DNA of 64,000 nucleotides. It comes from Tubiluchus corallicola (lineage: Eukaryota > Animalia > Priapulida). Both the position numbers and the translations under genes were made by a program. The stretch is from positions 1 through 64,000 of the forward strand of contig JAQGDQ010000482.1 in NCBI GenBank assembly GCA_030141605.1, in the 5' to 3' direction. This document shows positions 38,141 through 50,570 of the stretch, piece after piece; positions within the stretch are counted from its first letter, which is position 1; each line of letters starts with the position of its first letter. The notes beneath the pieces are model-generated. The model saw only the letters and a program-made list of their open reading frames with translations, was not told where the DNA came from and ran no database searches.

Positions 38141-39601
38141 CTAGTAATGTGGGGTGCCCTTTGCAGAAGCATACGGAGAAACCCAGTCACGTTCAAAGAC
38201 ATCCTTCATTTTTTTGATAAGCGGCTTTTCCATACGGGTTCGATTGCCAAACAGGGAAGCCTGATTGATGGTGATGCCGATACCTCCTCTGGTCTGGAAG
38301 TATTCGTTCATCCAGCTGGATGTACCGAAGAACACGGATTTTTCCGTCACAATGTATTTGTTGTGGTTCGCCCTTGCTTCTGGATACGGCATGTTGAAGA
38401 CCTTCGTCTGAACGGAGTCCTTAATGGTAATGTTTGGGAACAGGAGAGAACCGTGTGAATGAGACCGATGGTCTGACCAGAAGAACAGAATGCGAACCTC
38501 TACTTTCTCAGAAGCGTCCTCTAATGTCTTGCCAAGCACCGAGTAGAGATGAGAACTAGTTTCATTGTCGCTGTTCGGGAAGTAATCCATGACGGTAATG
38601 TAGATATACATCTCGGCGTTGTTGATGATGGACAAGACAGCGTCAAGGTCAGATGCGCGATCAGGAGGACATAGGTGATCAGGGGAAGCAGACAGGTACA
38701 TCCAAGAGGAAACCAAATCTGCTTTAATTCTCACGTATAGAGGTACTTTCTTGTTGTACATTGCAGCATACTTATCCGGCCATCGCTTAGGAACTGGATT
38801 GGGTTCCCCGAGGTACCAGTAAAGTTCAAAGATCTTCAGCATGTCGTGGGCCATACAAGAACAATTGCTCGTGATCACACCAAACTCCTTCACTCTTTCC
38901 AACGACCTCCAATCCGCGTTAGCACTACCCACGTAGAAATGTTTATTGTCCACGAGCCACATATTAGTGTGGACAAGTCCGTGTCCAAGGTGGTCCAAAA
39001 AGTTGAGGTTTCTCACTTCGGCTGCATGAAGCTTGTGAAGCATCTCGGTATCTTTGTTCGGCCAACAGCGCATCGGCTGGTCCTGGACAATGCGGATTTT
39101 CACGCCCCGCTCGAGTCCTGCATTCATTAATTCCGCAAACAGTTTAGCACCCAGCCCTCCAGACAGGCGTGCAGAATTCCTCAGCTTCCAGTAGGAAGAA
39201 ATTATGTCGATCTCTGATTCTGCAGATTTCACTAAATTCATCAGTCCTTCGAAAACAGACGTGTGGGGATCACTAGCAACTGGGACAGCCTTTGGGACAG
39301 TTTCGACAATGTCAAAGTCACATTGATCCTTGCACATGAACACCCGTGCTCCGGGATGGGCTTGGAAACCAAACCAACCCCGATTGTCTGGCCTTGATCT
39401 TTCGCGCAGTTCAGTAAATAATGGGAAGGCGACAACTACGGCAACGGTTACTAAGATGATCAGCGTTGGAAACCAGCAGGACCAGAGCCGTTCCAATGTG
39501 ACCCTGAAAGGTGGTCTGGTCGTCAATGTGTCCGGTATGTCAACAGCATCACCGCCCGGTCCCTCCACAATGTGTGGCGCCACTTTAGGTGGGTTGGGCA
39601 T
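38141..39601 (-). CDS. PLD3/PLD4-like type II membrane protein (5'-3' exonuclease family), intronless ORF of 486 aa
   Basis: N-terminal TM FPTLIILVTVAVVVAFPLF; IVETVP, IDIISSYW, HTNMWLVD..HFYVGSANADWRSL..KEFG, DMLKIFELYW, SASP..CP..R..DLDA, MDYFP, NHNKYIVTE..GTSSW, VFERDW; acceptor ttttcacag just upstream (~39620). Confidence 0.92.
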   Translation of the reverse strand: MPNPPKVAPHIVEGPGGDAVDIPDTLTTRPPFRVTLERLWSCWFPTLIILVTVAVVVAFPLFTELRERSRPDNRGWFGFQAHPGARVFMCKDQCDFDIVETVPKAVPVASDPHTSVFEGLMNLVKSAESEIDIISSYWKLRNSARLSGGLGAKLFAELMNAGLERGVKIRIVQDQPMRCWPNKDTEMLHKLHAAEVRNLNFLDHLGHGLVHTNMWLVDNKHFYVGSANADWRSLERVKEFGVITSNCSCMAHDMLKIFELYWYLGEPNPVPKRWPDKYAAMYNKKVPLYVRIKADLVSSWMYLSASPDHLCPPDRASDLDAVLSIINNAEMYIYITVMDYFPNSDNETSSHLYSVLGKTLEDASEKVEVRILFFWSDHRSHSHGSLLFPNITIKDSVQTKVFNMPYPEARANHNKYIVTEKSVFFGTSSWMNEYFQTRGGIGITINQASLFGNRTRMEKPLIKKMKDVFERDWVSPYASAKGTPHY

Positions 39602-39904
39602 TTCAGCTAAAGCTTTAACCTGTGAAAATCGTAGAAATTTCTGAAAACAGTCTTTACTGAAATAGTTAATGAATTTTTTTGATCGTGATGTCGAGAGTTA
39701 CGAATTATTTCTTCAGACAATTTTACTAGAGGATGATTCGAATCAAGTAATTTACAGTGTGACAAGACCAAATGATAATTTACATTAATAATAATTAATA
39801 ATCAATATTTAAAGTTTAACGTTGCATTGAATTGATAAAATTCACCTAAATTGGAAATGTCGTGCCTTGGCACGTCGCTGAATTTCAAAACATCCATTTA
39901 AACA

Positions 39905-40090
39905 TCACCACCACAGCCACAGCCACCGCCACCACTGCCACCACCACCACTGCGACCACCATCACTGTCAGCACCACCACTGCCACCGCCACCGCCACCA
40001 CTGTTACCACCACTGCCACCGCCACCACTGCCACCACCATCACTGCCACCACCACCGCCGCCACCACTGCCACCACCACCACTACCAGCA
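39905..40090. repeat. Degenerate (CCA/CTG/CCG)n
   Basis: Directly visible. Confidence 0.9.
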
Positions 40091-40415
40091 AAAGCTAAAT
40101 TGATAAAATTAAATTACCTTTGTAGTACTTAACTTCGCCAAACTGCTAAATGCCAAAAAACCACTTCAATTCTGAAATAAAAACGTTTGTTTACATTCCA
40201 AAAAACGCAGATGTGTCCATACCAAAAACAAAACTACAACTCGGTGAAACAGGCGTCACGTTTGTTCAGCATTTGTCAGCTGGTCGAATTTGGGGCCGAA
40301 ACCACGGCCAAAGAGACAGCAAAAAAGTACAATTCCTCGTTACAAAACTATACTGTACGTTTTGTTAACTGATTGTACGTATAATTGTACTTTATGTTAG
40401 TTTATATAACTTTTA

Positions 40416-40770
40416 TTATGTTATGTTATGTTATGTTATGTTATGTTATGTTATGTTATGTTATGTTATGTTATGTTATGTTATGTTATGTTATGTTATG
40501 TTATGTTATGTTATGTTATGTTATGTTATGTTATGTTATGTTATGTTATGTTATGTTATGTTATGTTATGTTATGTTATGTTATGTTATGTTATGTTATG
40601 TTATGTTATGTTATGTTATGTTATGTTATGTTATGTTATGTTATGTTATGCTATGTTATGTTATGCTATGTTATGTTATGTGATGTCATGTCATGTCATG
40701 TCATGTCATGTCATGTCATGTCATGTTATGTTGTCATGTCATGTCATGTCATGTCATATCATATCATGTT
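40416..40770. repeat. (TTATG)n grading into (TCATG)n
   Basis: Directly visible. Confidence 0.95.
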
Positions 40771-42604
40771 ATATAATATTACTCTCCATTATATTTAATT
40801 CAACCATTATTTACGAGAGTTAATGTTACTGGCCTTTGGACACGATTTGCCCATTTTGTAAGCTTGAGTCCAGCATGCAACTGCAGGACTTAGTTAACCC
40901 AGATGCTGGAGGCAGAACCGGTTACTACATCATTACGTCACCAATTTTCTTATTGGCCGTCTACACGGTTATTAAAAAACTGTCATTTTCGAGTTTATCA
41001 GTGTTAGAGGACTGTGTGGACGCTGAGAATGATAGTGAAATTTGAATGTCATTCTAGTTTGACAACAAGAAGCTGATCTTGATTGTCATCAGTGCTGGTG
41101 ACGTCATCCTCGGAATGAACAGCCAATAATAATGAGCCCTGCTGACTCAGCTAGACGAGTCCATTTACGGGGGGGCACTACAAACGGCGGAACACTACAG
41201 GAAAACACTTTTCGTGGTTGAACAATTTATCCCATTATCCTGACCCGTCTAACAAGCCATATACACAATTTACAAAAGTACACTATTTACTTATGCCAAA
41301 ATACTTGCCATAAGAATGGCCATTACAGCACTCTCCGACAACTATTTTACCACAAGATTGCACTAATAAATTGACAGTTTAAAATTTTAATCTACGGATA
41401 TTTAGGACTAACGTATTTCATTTGAGATGAAAAGTATTGGAAGCGTTTATTGTGGAAATATAAAGTCATACAATTATAATATTTTATAATTAACAGGACA
41501 ATTAAAGTCGTCTTTACCTAGGGCAGCTATAATGAAGTTTTAAGGCTGCTGTAGTTTATTTAATTTATCAAACATAACAGTTCTAGCTTGTAATAAACTA
41601 ATTTATTAATAAATTAATAAACAGGCTCAAACCGAAATCCACAGTTACAATTCGGTAATACTGGATGACCGTGATCATCATTACAGCTTTTAGAGAAAAG
41701 GTCAAAGTTTAACTGAGAAAATCCGATTCTCATGCCCGTATGATGCACAGAATATGGAGGTTTACCATGAAAAGCGAAAAGTGCTTCTTATGCAATAAAA
41801 AACTTAAATGAGATTTGTGCTCTTGTTTGAAGTGTGAAATGGATGTAACTTCACGAATGTTCTGTGGTAAGTTGTTTCCACATATTAATTGTTAAAAGGA
41901 ATGATGTTTCACAGCTTACTGAGCGGCAAGGTAATTAACACCTCTGTATTTAGTTCCACTGCCTACATTATACAGAAATTTTCCTACCAGTCTCAACCAG
42001 ATTCGGCATTGCTTAACTTTCGTCGGCACCACGAGCACTCAGACTCCACGGTTACCCTTGCAGTAAAAGCAAATGCGCTGTAAATTTGGAATGTGCGCGT
42101 CAGTGAGTCTCGTTTACAAAGTCTAGACTCTTTAGGTCACAAAGGTCACGTGGGGTAAAATAATGTGACACAATCTTTAGGTTTGAATCTTGTGCTGTTT
42201 TCTACTTGAATAGTACAAGGTTAACAAGAAATTAGAAGCTAGTTGGAAGTAAAGTGCAAATCTAGACAAGCACGTTTAACATCTTCGTGAAGTCCGCAGT
42301 CGTGTATCCATTAAATTAAAGTATCGTATAATATACAAAAATAAACAGCACTCACGAATTAAAAAAGCTTCCCAACTCAGAATTTCCGTGGAAATTCTAC
42401 AATTTCGATGATTTTAGGAAACTTTGAAGTAAGCATCGTGGTTGTAATGACGTTTTATGTATGACGTCATGCAAGTAAGCGTCGCGCCGTCTATATGTAT
42501 TACGTCATGCACGACTACTCGTTAAACAATTGAATTAGCTATTAAATGTTATGGTAATTGTAAACTGAAACTGTAAAAAATGCACAATCTAAACAACTTG
42601 CGGC

Positions 42605-42910
42605 TCCTCTCTTCTCCTTCCCTCTTCCTTCCTCTTCTTTTCTGTCTTCTCTCTTCTGTTTTCTCCCATTTTTTTCTCCTCTAACCTCCCGTTTCCTTCC
42701 TCTTCTCTACTCTATTTTCTCTGCTCTATTTTTCCGTCTCCTTTTCTCTCATCTCCTTTCCTCTCCTCTCCTCACCTCTCCTGCTCTCTCCCTTCCTGTT
42801 TCTCATCTCCCTTTCTCACAAACCTTTCCACCATTCCCTTCCTCTTCTCCCCTGCTCTTCTGTTTCTGTGCTTCTCTCGCCCTTCGTTTTTCGCTTTTTT
42901 CTTCTTCTGC
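42605..42910. repeat. Polypyrimidine low-complexity tract
   Basis: ~300 bp almost entirely C/T. Confidence 0.85.
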
Positions 42911-43795
42911 TATTTCCTGGAAATTTTTTGAAGCTGTTTCTTTAGAATTCAGTAGCAAAGTTGAAATAAGCACCGTGGATTGAACTCCTCTTGCCATTTT
43001 AACAAAAAATGACCAACTGACCATCATGACGGCATACTGGCTTCTGCTAACAAGCGAAATGACACGCGCGTTTGCGTTCTGACCCAGTGACCCGTTGACT
43101 CTGTGTGGGTGCTAGCGGCACCTAGTTAACGTTTGTGAAATCTTTTTAGTTCAACCTTTTTTAATTTTATCATTCACTACAGCCAGCCAGATGTCAGAAG
43201 CCAAATTTAGGCATAGTCACATGACTTTCATGACCTGTTTGACCTGTTCATACTTACACGTATGTGATTAGCTTTTTCTTACTGGCCGTAGTTCTGTTTT
43301 GTTATCCAGGATGCCATTTAATCACCAAATTGTAAGTTTTGTTAATTAATTTAGACTAAATTACCTTTATCTTGTAAATTAACGCAATAATTTGCTATTT
43401 CAGCTATAGATCAGAAATCGATTATGCTATTATTGGAAACACGTCATGTCTTTACTTAGCTGCTGTAAATTTCACCTGTTAATATGTTAATTATTTTTCT
43501 ATTATTTGCTTCTCTTTATTGCTGAATCACATCTTTATACTGAATAAATTAATTTCAGGTTCATCACACCAGGTAATGATGGAGTTAGATTTTTGTTTAG
43601 GACATTTTACCTGGGAGCATCCACACCCTGAAAGAATAGTCTTTCTTTTAAAGGTCACGCTTTTATTGGATCACGTTTTGCGAGTATTGTTATCATCTTA
43701 TAATCCATCTTGCCCAAGTCGGTTAAACAGGCTCAAGTTTATGTCCAGGTAAACTCATTTTCATATTATTTTAAATTTTTAACTAGCAGGTAAGT

Positions 43796-44856
43796 TAGGG
43801 TTGCCACCTCGTCACGAACCCACATCCCGGAGTCGAGAGCCGGCGAGTGTAATCTCGGGGAGCAAAGCTACACAGCGCATTTCGTGTATTTTAAACATTT
43901 CATGAAACCTTTCTCAGAAATAAACGTCCAAAAATTCAAATCGCAAAGTGCGTTTCTTGATTTTAGTCTCTAAAAACCCTAAATATCTAAAACTTACGAA
44001 AATGCAGGCAACAAGTCAATTTTTGGACTTCATTTCTCACATTGGACATTTTTTGGACATTTCTCGCGTTTTGGGGTTTTTTCAGCGATAAGATTATTAA
44101 GCACTTTATGTTATGTGAATTAAAGCAAAAGCGGAAGAATACTTGATTTGCACCACTTCCGCTGCAGCAAAAATTTGTGGAAAACTGGTGTGAAATGACG
44201 AAGCCATGCAACCGATTTAACTTAATTTAATAAGTTTACTGTTATCTTAGTTAACGGAGATTATAATACTTTTAGCTTAAGCTAGTGCAAAGTTTCAATA
44301 GCATGTAATTTGTGTTTTAATAGCATGCAGGTTGTGTTTCAATAGCATGCAAGTTGTGTTTCAATAGCATGTAGATTGTGTTTCAATAGCATGTAAGTTG
44401 CGTTTCAATAGCATGCAAGTTGTGTTTCAATAGCATGTAAGTTGTATTTCAATAGCATGCAAGTTGTGTTTCAATAGCATGTAAGTTGTGTTTCAGTAGC
44501 ATGTAAGTTGTGTTTCAATAGCTATGCATGCAAGTTGCGTTTCAATAGCATGTAAGTTGTGTTTCAATAGCATGTAAGTTGTGTTTCAATAGCATGTAAG
44601 TTGTGTTTCAATATTATGCAGTTGCGTTTCAATAGCATGTAAGTTGTGTTTCAATAGCATGTAAGTTGTGTTTCAATAGCATGTAAGTTGCGTTTCAATA
44701 GCATGTAAGTTGCGTTTATGCTTTTTACAGACTCAAATTTTAAAGTGATGGTCGAAATTAGGAGTATTCAGAATTTTTCAAAAATCCAACCGAACTACGG
44801 ACCTATGGCTGTATTTCAGGTGACTCCGGCCCCAACCAGGAGTGGTGACAACCCTA
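43796..44856. mobile_element. hAT-like non-autonomous element containing a 22-bp minisatellite
   Basis: TIRs TAGGGTTGCCACC / GGTGACAACCCTA (12/13); 8-bp flanks aggtaagt / acctaagt (6/8). Confidence 0.65.
44293..44717 (+). repeat. 22-bp minisatellite (~19 copies)
   Basis: Unit tttcaatagcatgtaagttgtg. Confidence 0.95.
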
Positions 44857-45660
44857 ACCTAAGTAACCCTGTAAAATGAATATAACTCTTGGCCATGTAA
44901 TACATGTATTCAAAAACGATAACACAACCTTCATCTTTTCATGTAATCTATTACAATAAACTCACTATAAATGTAGGCCTAGTATACAATAAAATTCTTG
45001 TGCATTATACAGTAATTAGGCCTGACATTGCAACATTTTTGAGCAAAACTAATAAAATTATGACAACAATAACAAATGTTCATAACAGTAAATTTTACCT
45101 AAATGCGTAACAAGTAACAATAATATTTACAGTAAAACATGTATCAATTTTCTTATTATTAGATTAACCACGTTCACCCTGTCACAGCTCGTATCTGTCT
45201 AAGTAGATCACTCAAGCATTAGCCTAATGATATAAAATCGATTACAATACTTATTAATCTGAAGAGTCCGGGTTCAATTCCCGTTTCCGATTAAATTGTT
45301 AAACTGGGATCACTTTTCTCAAAAACGAAATCGTTAGGGTTAATAATACTTCAAGAGTCGCTGAAAGATAAAAAAAATGACAGATTTTTTAGTCTAGAGA
45401 GGATAATTTACCTTAACTAATACTGTACATATTTAAACAATATTAAAAGTTTTGACCAATAAGAACTGTTGTTGCTTAGTTATTAGTTATTTTCCCGGTA
45501 GATGCCAGCACATCAAGTTTCTTACTGGAGTAACTGTACCTTATAATTTAACAATTTCAACAACTGCAAAGCTGTGGCAGTTTTACCAGATAAATTTTAG
45601 ACATAAAAAAGATAGTTAAAATATCTTATAACGTATTTTTCCTGTAGATTTAACGTTTAT

Positions 45661-45885
45661 TTAACGTCGTTTATGGTAGTTGCCCTGAAAACCATACTCG
45701 GGATAATTCACTTTACCGATGTAGTAACGTTCATTGACTGTGAACGGAAAGTGTACATCGTACCCGTGTCCGCCATGATGTACGGGTCGGTTGTACTTGG
45801 GATAGTGCACGCTCCCGATGTAATATCTCTCGTTATTGGTGTACGGGAGATGACGATCGTACGACGCATGTGCACCAACAAGCAT
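45661..45885 (-). CDS. Exon 2 of a small secreted Tyr/His-rich protein (86 aa in total) with an internal duplication
   Basis: Acceptor caatttcag|ATG in phase 0; MLVGAHA completes the signal peptide; YDRHLPYTNNERYYIGSVHYPKY versus YDVHFPFTVNERYYIGKVNYPEY. Confidence 0.85.
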   Translation of the reverse strand: MLVGAHASYDRHLPYTNNERYYIGSVHYPKYNRPVHHGGHGYDVHFPFTVNERYYIGKVNYPEYGFQGNYHKRR

Positions 45886-47561
45886 CTGAAATTGGGATAA
45901 AACGTGTTGATTAGTAAAAATAATTAATTTTCAATGAAAATTTAAAAAATGTTATATGGACAGTAGACAGTTATAAGAAACTTTAACAAAGAATTCTTGA
46001 AACAAAAATTTATTGACCTATTATGGTCTAGAAAATTGGTGAATGATTTGGGAATTGAACTCGTGACGCAGTGCTTGCAAGTCAGATGCTGTGACAACTG
46101 TGCAGCAATAAACAATTACATTCTCGTAGTTGCTCAGAAGGGTGTTGGGAATGCGTCTCTCGTTAAGGTTCTAAAGGACATGCTCTACAATATCACTCTG
46201 TTATCATAATAGGCTACCATTTTTAAAATACCTGCGCTGTAAATAAAAAGTCACTGGTTCGAATCGCAGGTAAAACGGAATTTTTCATCACTTTTTTCAT
46301 ATTAAAAACAATAGTCGCTTAAAAGAAACATTAAGATTAATTAACTTATATTAATTGGCTAATTATTTGCACCGCCTCCATCAACAGAAATACAGCCAGA
46401 TGGACTAGCCTATACTGGGCGCGCCAAAAGCAAAATTGGTTTCTAATGACTTGAATCTTAAATTTAGTTTAATCCAAGCTCAGTTAGATTATTGGAGGAT
46501 AAACCTTGGGGCTCAGTGATAATTAGTTGGCCGCTAAATAACTTTCAGTTTAACTATGCAGGCTTTTAAGTGCATTTAATACCACCCTAGAGGATCTCGA
46601 AGATTTCAGCATATGAAGAGCACCCGTATTGCTCTTTGCCAGGAGGCAATTCTTAACACATTTAACAATAAGAACTCCATGCAGTGTCGAGCAGATGTTT
46701 AACATTTAGAATGGTATATTATTTGCAGTTATACTTTTGTGATTAAATGAACAATTCTTAAATTAGTATAATTCGAAACATTTATATTTGTACTTACGCT
46801 CTATGCGGTATGGCAGTATTATATGTAATTATTTTGTTGTTATTTCAGCCTGATCATTGCTGCAATACCATAAATAAACCACTTTGATTGATTCAGCAAA
46901 AACTTCCATAGTTACCCCTGTAAGTTTAAGCCTTTTTCTGTGTTCTTCCAAGGACAGAAACAGTTAGTTTAGCAATTGATTGGTGTGAAATGTGGCAAGG
47001 CTATCAAGCCGAAAAACAGAGTCAACTAATAAAAAACCCAGCCACAATGAAGGACATATACCAAGTGTCGCAGGAGAGAAGAAAACGAAGAAAGAAGAAC
47101 GAAAGGCTATTAAAGTTTTTAGATTTTATAATGATAACATAATCGTTAAATAAACGCAAAATACGTGGACTGCATATATAGGTGAACACGATTAAACTTC
47201 TTGTGGTGTGTTAAGCGAAAAAGGCAGATGAAAAAACTGCTTCCGCTATGTTATCAAGAGAGACAGATAAGCAAAAAATTATCGATTATCGCGCATTTTT
47301 ATATATAAAATCTGATATCTTTTATTTCTAACTGATCTTACTGATTTCAAGTATGATGTTGACTTTATGTATTTCCGTTTTAAATAAAGTCATATAATCG
47401 ATCGAAATCGATTATCAATTTGCAATCTCCTACATTTGGGCTAAGGTGTAGTAGTAGCTTCTTGAAACCTACGATACATGTTTACATCACTGAATGAAAA
47501 TTAGGCTTAATCAAGTTTTGCAAAAAGTGCTTTTAAATTTTAAAAAATTTGTAATACTTAC

Positions 47562-47597
47562 CGCAATCAAAACAATACAGACGATTTTAATATCCAT
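47562..47597 (-). CDS. Exon 1 (signal peptide MDIKIVCIVLIA) of the small Tyr/His-rich protein
   Basis: gaagATGG context, 12 codons, donor GCG|gtaagt; in frame with 45885. Confidence 0.8.
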
Positions 47598-47727
47598 CTT
47601 CCTCAGCTTCTGTTAGTCAATTAGCAACACGTTTATTTTACCAATTTCACTTTCTCTGAAGAGAAGCAGGTTTGAACCTGACCAGTCACTGTTTCAATAT
47701 CACTGGCGCGGTGATGAGAATTTTACG

Positions 47728-47734
47728 TTTTATA
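47728..47734 (-). promoter_or_regulatory. Probable TATA box of the small secreted-protein gene
   Basis: TATAAAA on the minus strand ~130 nt upstream of the ATG, with an Inr-like CCAGT ~30 nt downstream. Confidence 0.5.
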
Positions 47735-48911
47735 CCGTTGTCTTTATAAAAGCAGGTTTAGCATCCGTTCAAACCATCCATAAACTTATCATTGTCTTTT
47801 ACCAGGGGCGTATCCAGAGCAAAACAAGTGCTTTCACGCATGCGACCCCCGCGATTCGCTAGAAACATTTTTTTCTCTGCAAATGATTATTTCTAAAATA
47901 AATGATGAATAGAAATAAAAAAAATCGCGGTCAAAACGGCTAGCTTATCTGTTTTGGTAATTAAAACGGGTTTATTAATAATATTACGTCATTATGTCAT
48001 GCTGCCGCCCCACCTAGTAGCGCAGTTTGGAATCATCGCTATGTCCGCTTTCATTATCCTAACCAACGGAGCGATCCGGATTTCGGTCGTATTTTGTTGT
48101 ACTGCTAACCCAGATTTGCCTAATTAGTGTCTGAATCAAGGAATTGTTTTGCGCTAACACTGTTTATTTTGTTACAGACGATTTAATTGGTCATAATTTC
48201 CAACCTAAAGGTGAAGTTAGTAGATTCTGTGCTGTTTGCTGTCCATTTTGGTAACAAAAAGGCTTTTTCTTGAAGAGATACCACCCTCAGACGTGACCTT
48301 GTGCACTAAAGGTTAATATCAACGAAGTACCAGTGCGCCGCGTTATTGATTTTTTTGCGAACTTGGCTAAGACCCCCGCTTAGCAACCTAAAATTGCTAC
48401 TGTGTCAACGGTTCTTGGTTGACAAGCCGCCATTGTTCATGCCATGGCACTCTATACACGGTATTGTAAAGTGCGATTTTTTGTAAACAAATATTTATAG
48501 TTCTAGCACTAAACGCCTCTATTAAATGGTAGTTTTTTATTTATTATTATAAAACACTGGATCCTAGGTCGTTCTTATAAGACATGTATATATAATGTCA
48601 CCGAACTGTTTACATTTTTCACTGACTTAAAGTGAAAGTTTAACTTTGTTTACCAAACCATTCGATTAACGCTAATTTTGAAAAGCCTACAGATAAGAGT
48701 TATTAGTCATATCATTATTATGTTTACTCTGCGGAATATTTAGGTCACAATATTATTATATCTCTGTTTATTTAGGTTTATTTTTATACTGCTCTAATTC
48801 ACACTAATTTCTCAATCTCACTAATTCACTATTCGTAATTTTTTGTGTTATTTATTACCAGTGTTTGTGGCGGTTGTTATGATATAAACTGATGCTATTT
48901 CTCCGGGCATG

Positions 48912-49082
48912 GTGCTGCTGCTGCTACTACTACTACTACTACTACTACTACTATTACTGCTGCTACTACTGCTGCTGCTGCTACTACTGCTACTACTACT
49001 ACTACTGCTGCAGCTACCCCTGCTGCTGTTGCTGCTACTACTACTATTACTGCTGCTGCTGTTGTCACGGTTGCGGTTGTTG
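48912..49082. repeat. (TAC/TGC)n microsatellite
   Basis: Directly visible. Confidence 0.92.
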
Positions 49083-49691
49083 TCAATGTGACTTGTTGTC
49101 ACTGCTTTCGCTGTTACTGATGTTTGAACTTGCTGTGGCTCGGCGTGTCGTTACACTATTCTCTACAAATGATAACTACTAATGTATCGAAACTGTCTCA
49201 TCTAATACTATAATACATTATATTTAAACTAAACAATAACTACTGGAGAAGCAAAGTGAACAGAATGAATAACGCTGATTTTATTTTCCATTTTTATACA
49301 ACATCGTATAAATCAACAACATATATATATAATGTTATATAATATATAATAAAACAACAAGCATATAAACGTTAACAACATTTTACTGCTAACTTACTTA
49401 ATCATTAATTAATACAATAATCGTAAGATATCATCTATCTTGCTATACAGTTTTATAGTGACCAGAAAAGTCTTGGTTATTATCACATAATTTCACTTAT
49501 CAAAGCACCATTAACTGTAATATCCCCCCCCCCCCCGTTGTAAGGCCCGTGTTAGTGTATAAACACAACACAACCCATAAGAAGAACAAATGTTTAAACA
49601 AAAACAACAGATCACACATCATTGTTTAGCCCGCTGTACAAAACACAATTTCGCAATTACCAGCGCTGTACAGGTAAACGCTGGATTCTAA

Positions 49692-50570
49692 TTAACCATG
49701 GTATGATCCACCTCCCCCTCCACCAAACAATCCACCATTCACTAATGAAACTATCTTCGTCTCTGTTTGGTATCCGTGACCTCCCATGTCCCCATAGCCA
49801 CTCGCCTGGGGGACGCTGCCCCCGTAGCCCCCATGAGTTGTAGTGAGGGGCACCACGAAGCCCATGTCGTGATGAACTTTTTCCTTCTTTCCACCGTATC
49901 CCTTTTCAACTGACGTGTAAGATCCAGAACTGAGGAGTTTTCCGCCTCCGAAGTACCCTCCAGAGTTTCCACCTCCTTTGATGTACCCTCGACCATTTCC
50001 GGTTGAACGTTGGACAGTAGTGTAACTGGTCAATTTCTTTTTCCCACCACCACCATATCCGCCACCACCGCCACCATAACCACCACCACCATGATCTCCA
50101 TAACCACCACCACCATGATCCATGTAACCTCCTCCACCATGATCCATATAACCTCCACCTCCATGGTCACCATAGCCACCACCACCACCACCATGATCAT
50201 CATACCCACCACCACCACCGTGGTCACCATAGCCACCGCCACCACCACCATGATCATCATACCCACCACCACCGCCATGGTCATCATAGCTGATTGACTC
50301 TTGACCACCAACAAATCCAGCATATTTTCCGGTCAAGCTCTTCTCTCCACCGTATCCATAACCTTTCTGTTTCCAAACTCCAAAACCCAGTTTTAGAGCC
50401 ACCGACCCTCCACCACCACCACCACCCTTGCCATGGCCACCGCCACCGCCGTACCCTCCACCATGATCACCGTAACCGGCTTCCTCATATGCAATAGCAT
50501 ACTGGTGTACCGGCGGTGGAGGCGGAATGTCTCCAGTGTAGGAACGGTGTCCTTCTGAGTATGGCAATGT
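49692..50570 (-). CDS. Distal copy (3b) of the terminal exon of a secreted Gly/Tyr/His-rich structural protein
   Basis: Acceptor ctattttcag|ACA TTG CCA in phase 0; GGGGY(D/G/M)DH repeats; stop TAA; 3'UTR homologous to that of the proximal copy; AATAAA (minus) at ~49280. Confidence 0.8.
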   Translation of the reverse strand, partial: TLPYSEGHRSYTGDIPPPPPVHQYAIAYEEAGYGDHGGGYGGGGGHGKGGGGGGGSVALKLGFGVWKQKGYGYGGEKSLTGKYAGFVGGQESISYDDHGGGGGYDDHGGGGGGYGDHGGGGGYDDHGGGGGGYGDHGGGGYMDHGGGGYMDHGGGGYGDHGGGGYGGGGGGYGGGGKKKLTSYTTVQRSTGNGRGYIKGGGNSGGYFGGGKLLSSGSYTSVEKGYGGKKEKVHHDMGFVVPLTTTHGGYGGSVPQASGYGDMGGHGYQTETKIVSLVNGGLFGGGGGGSYHG

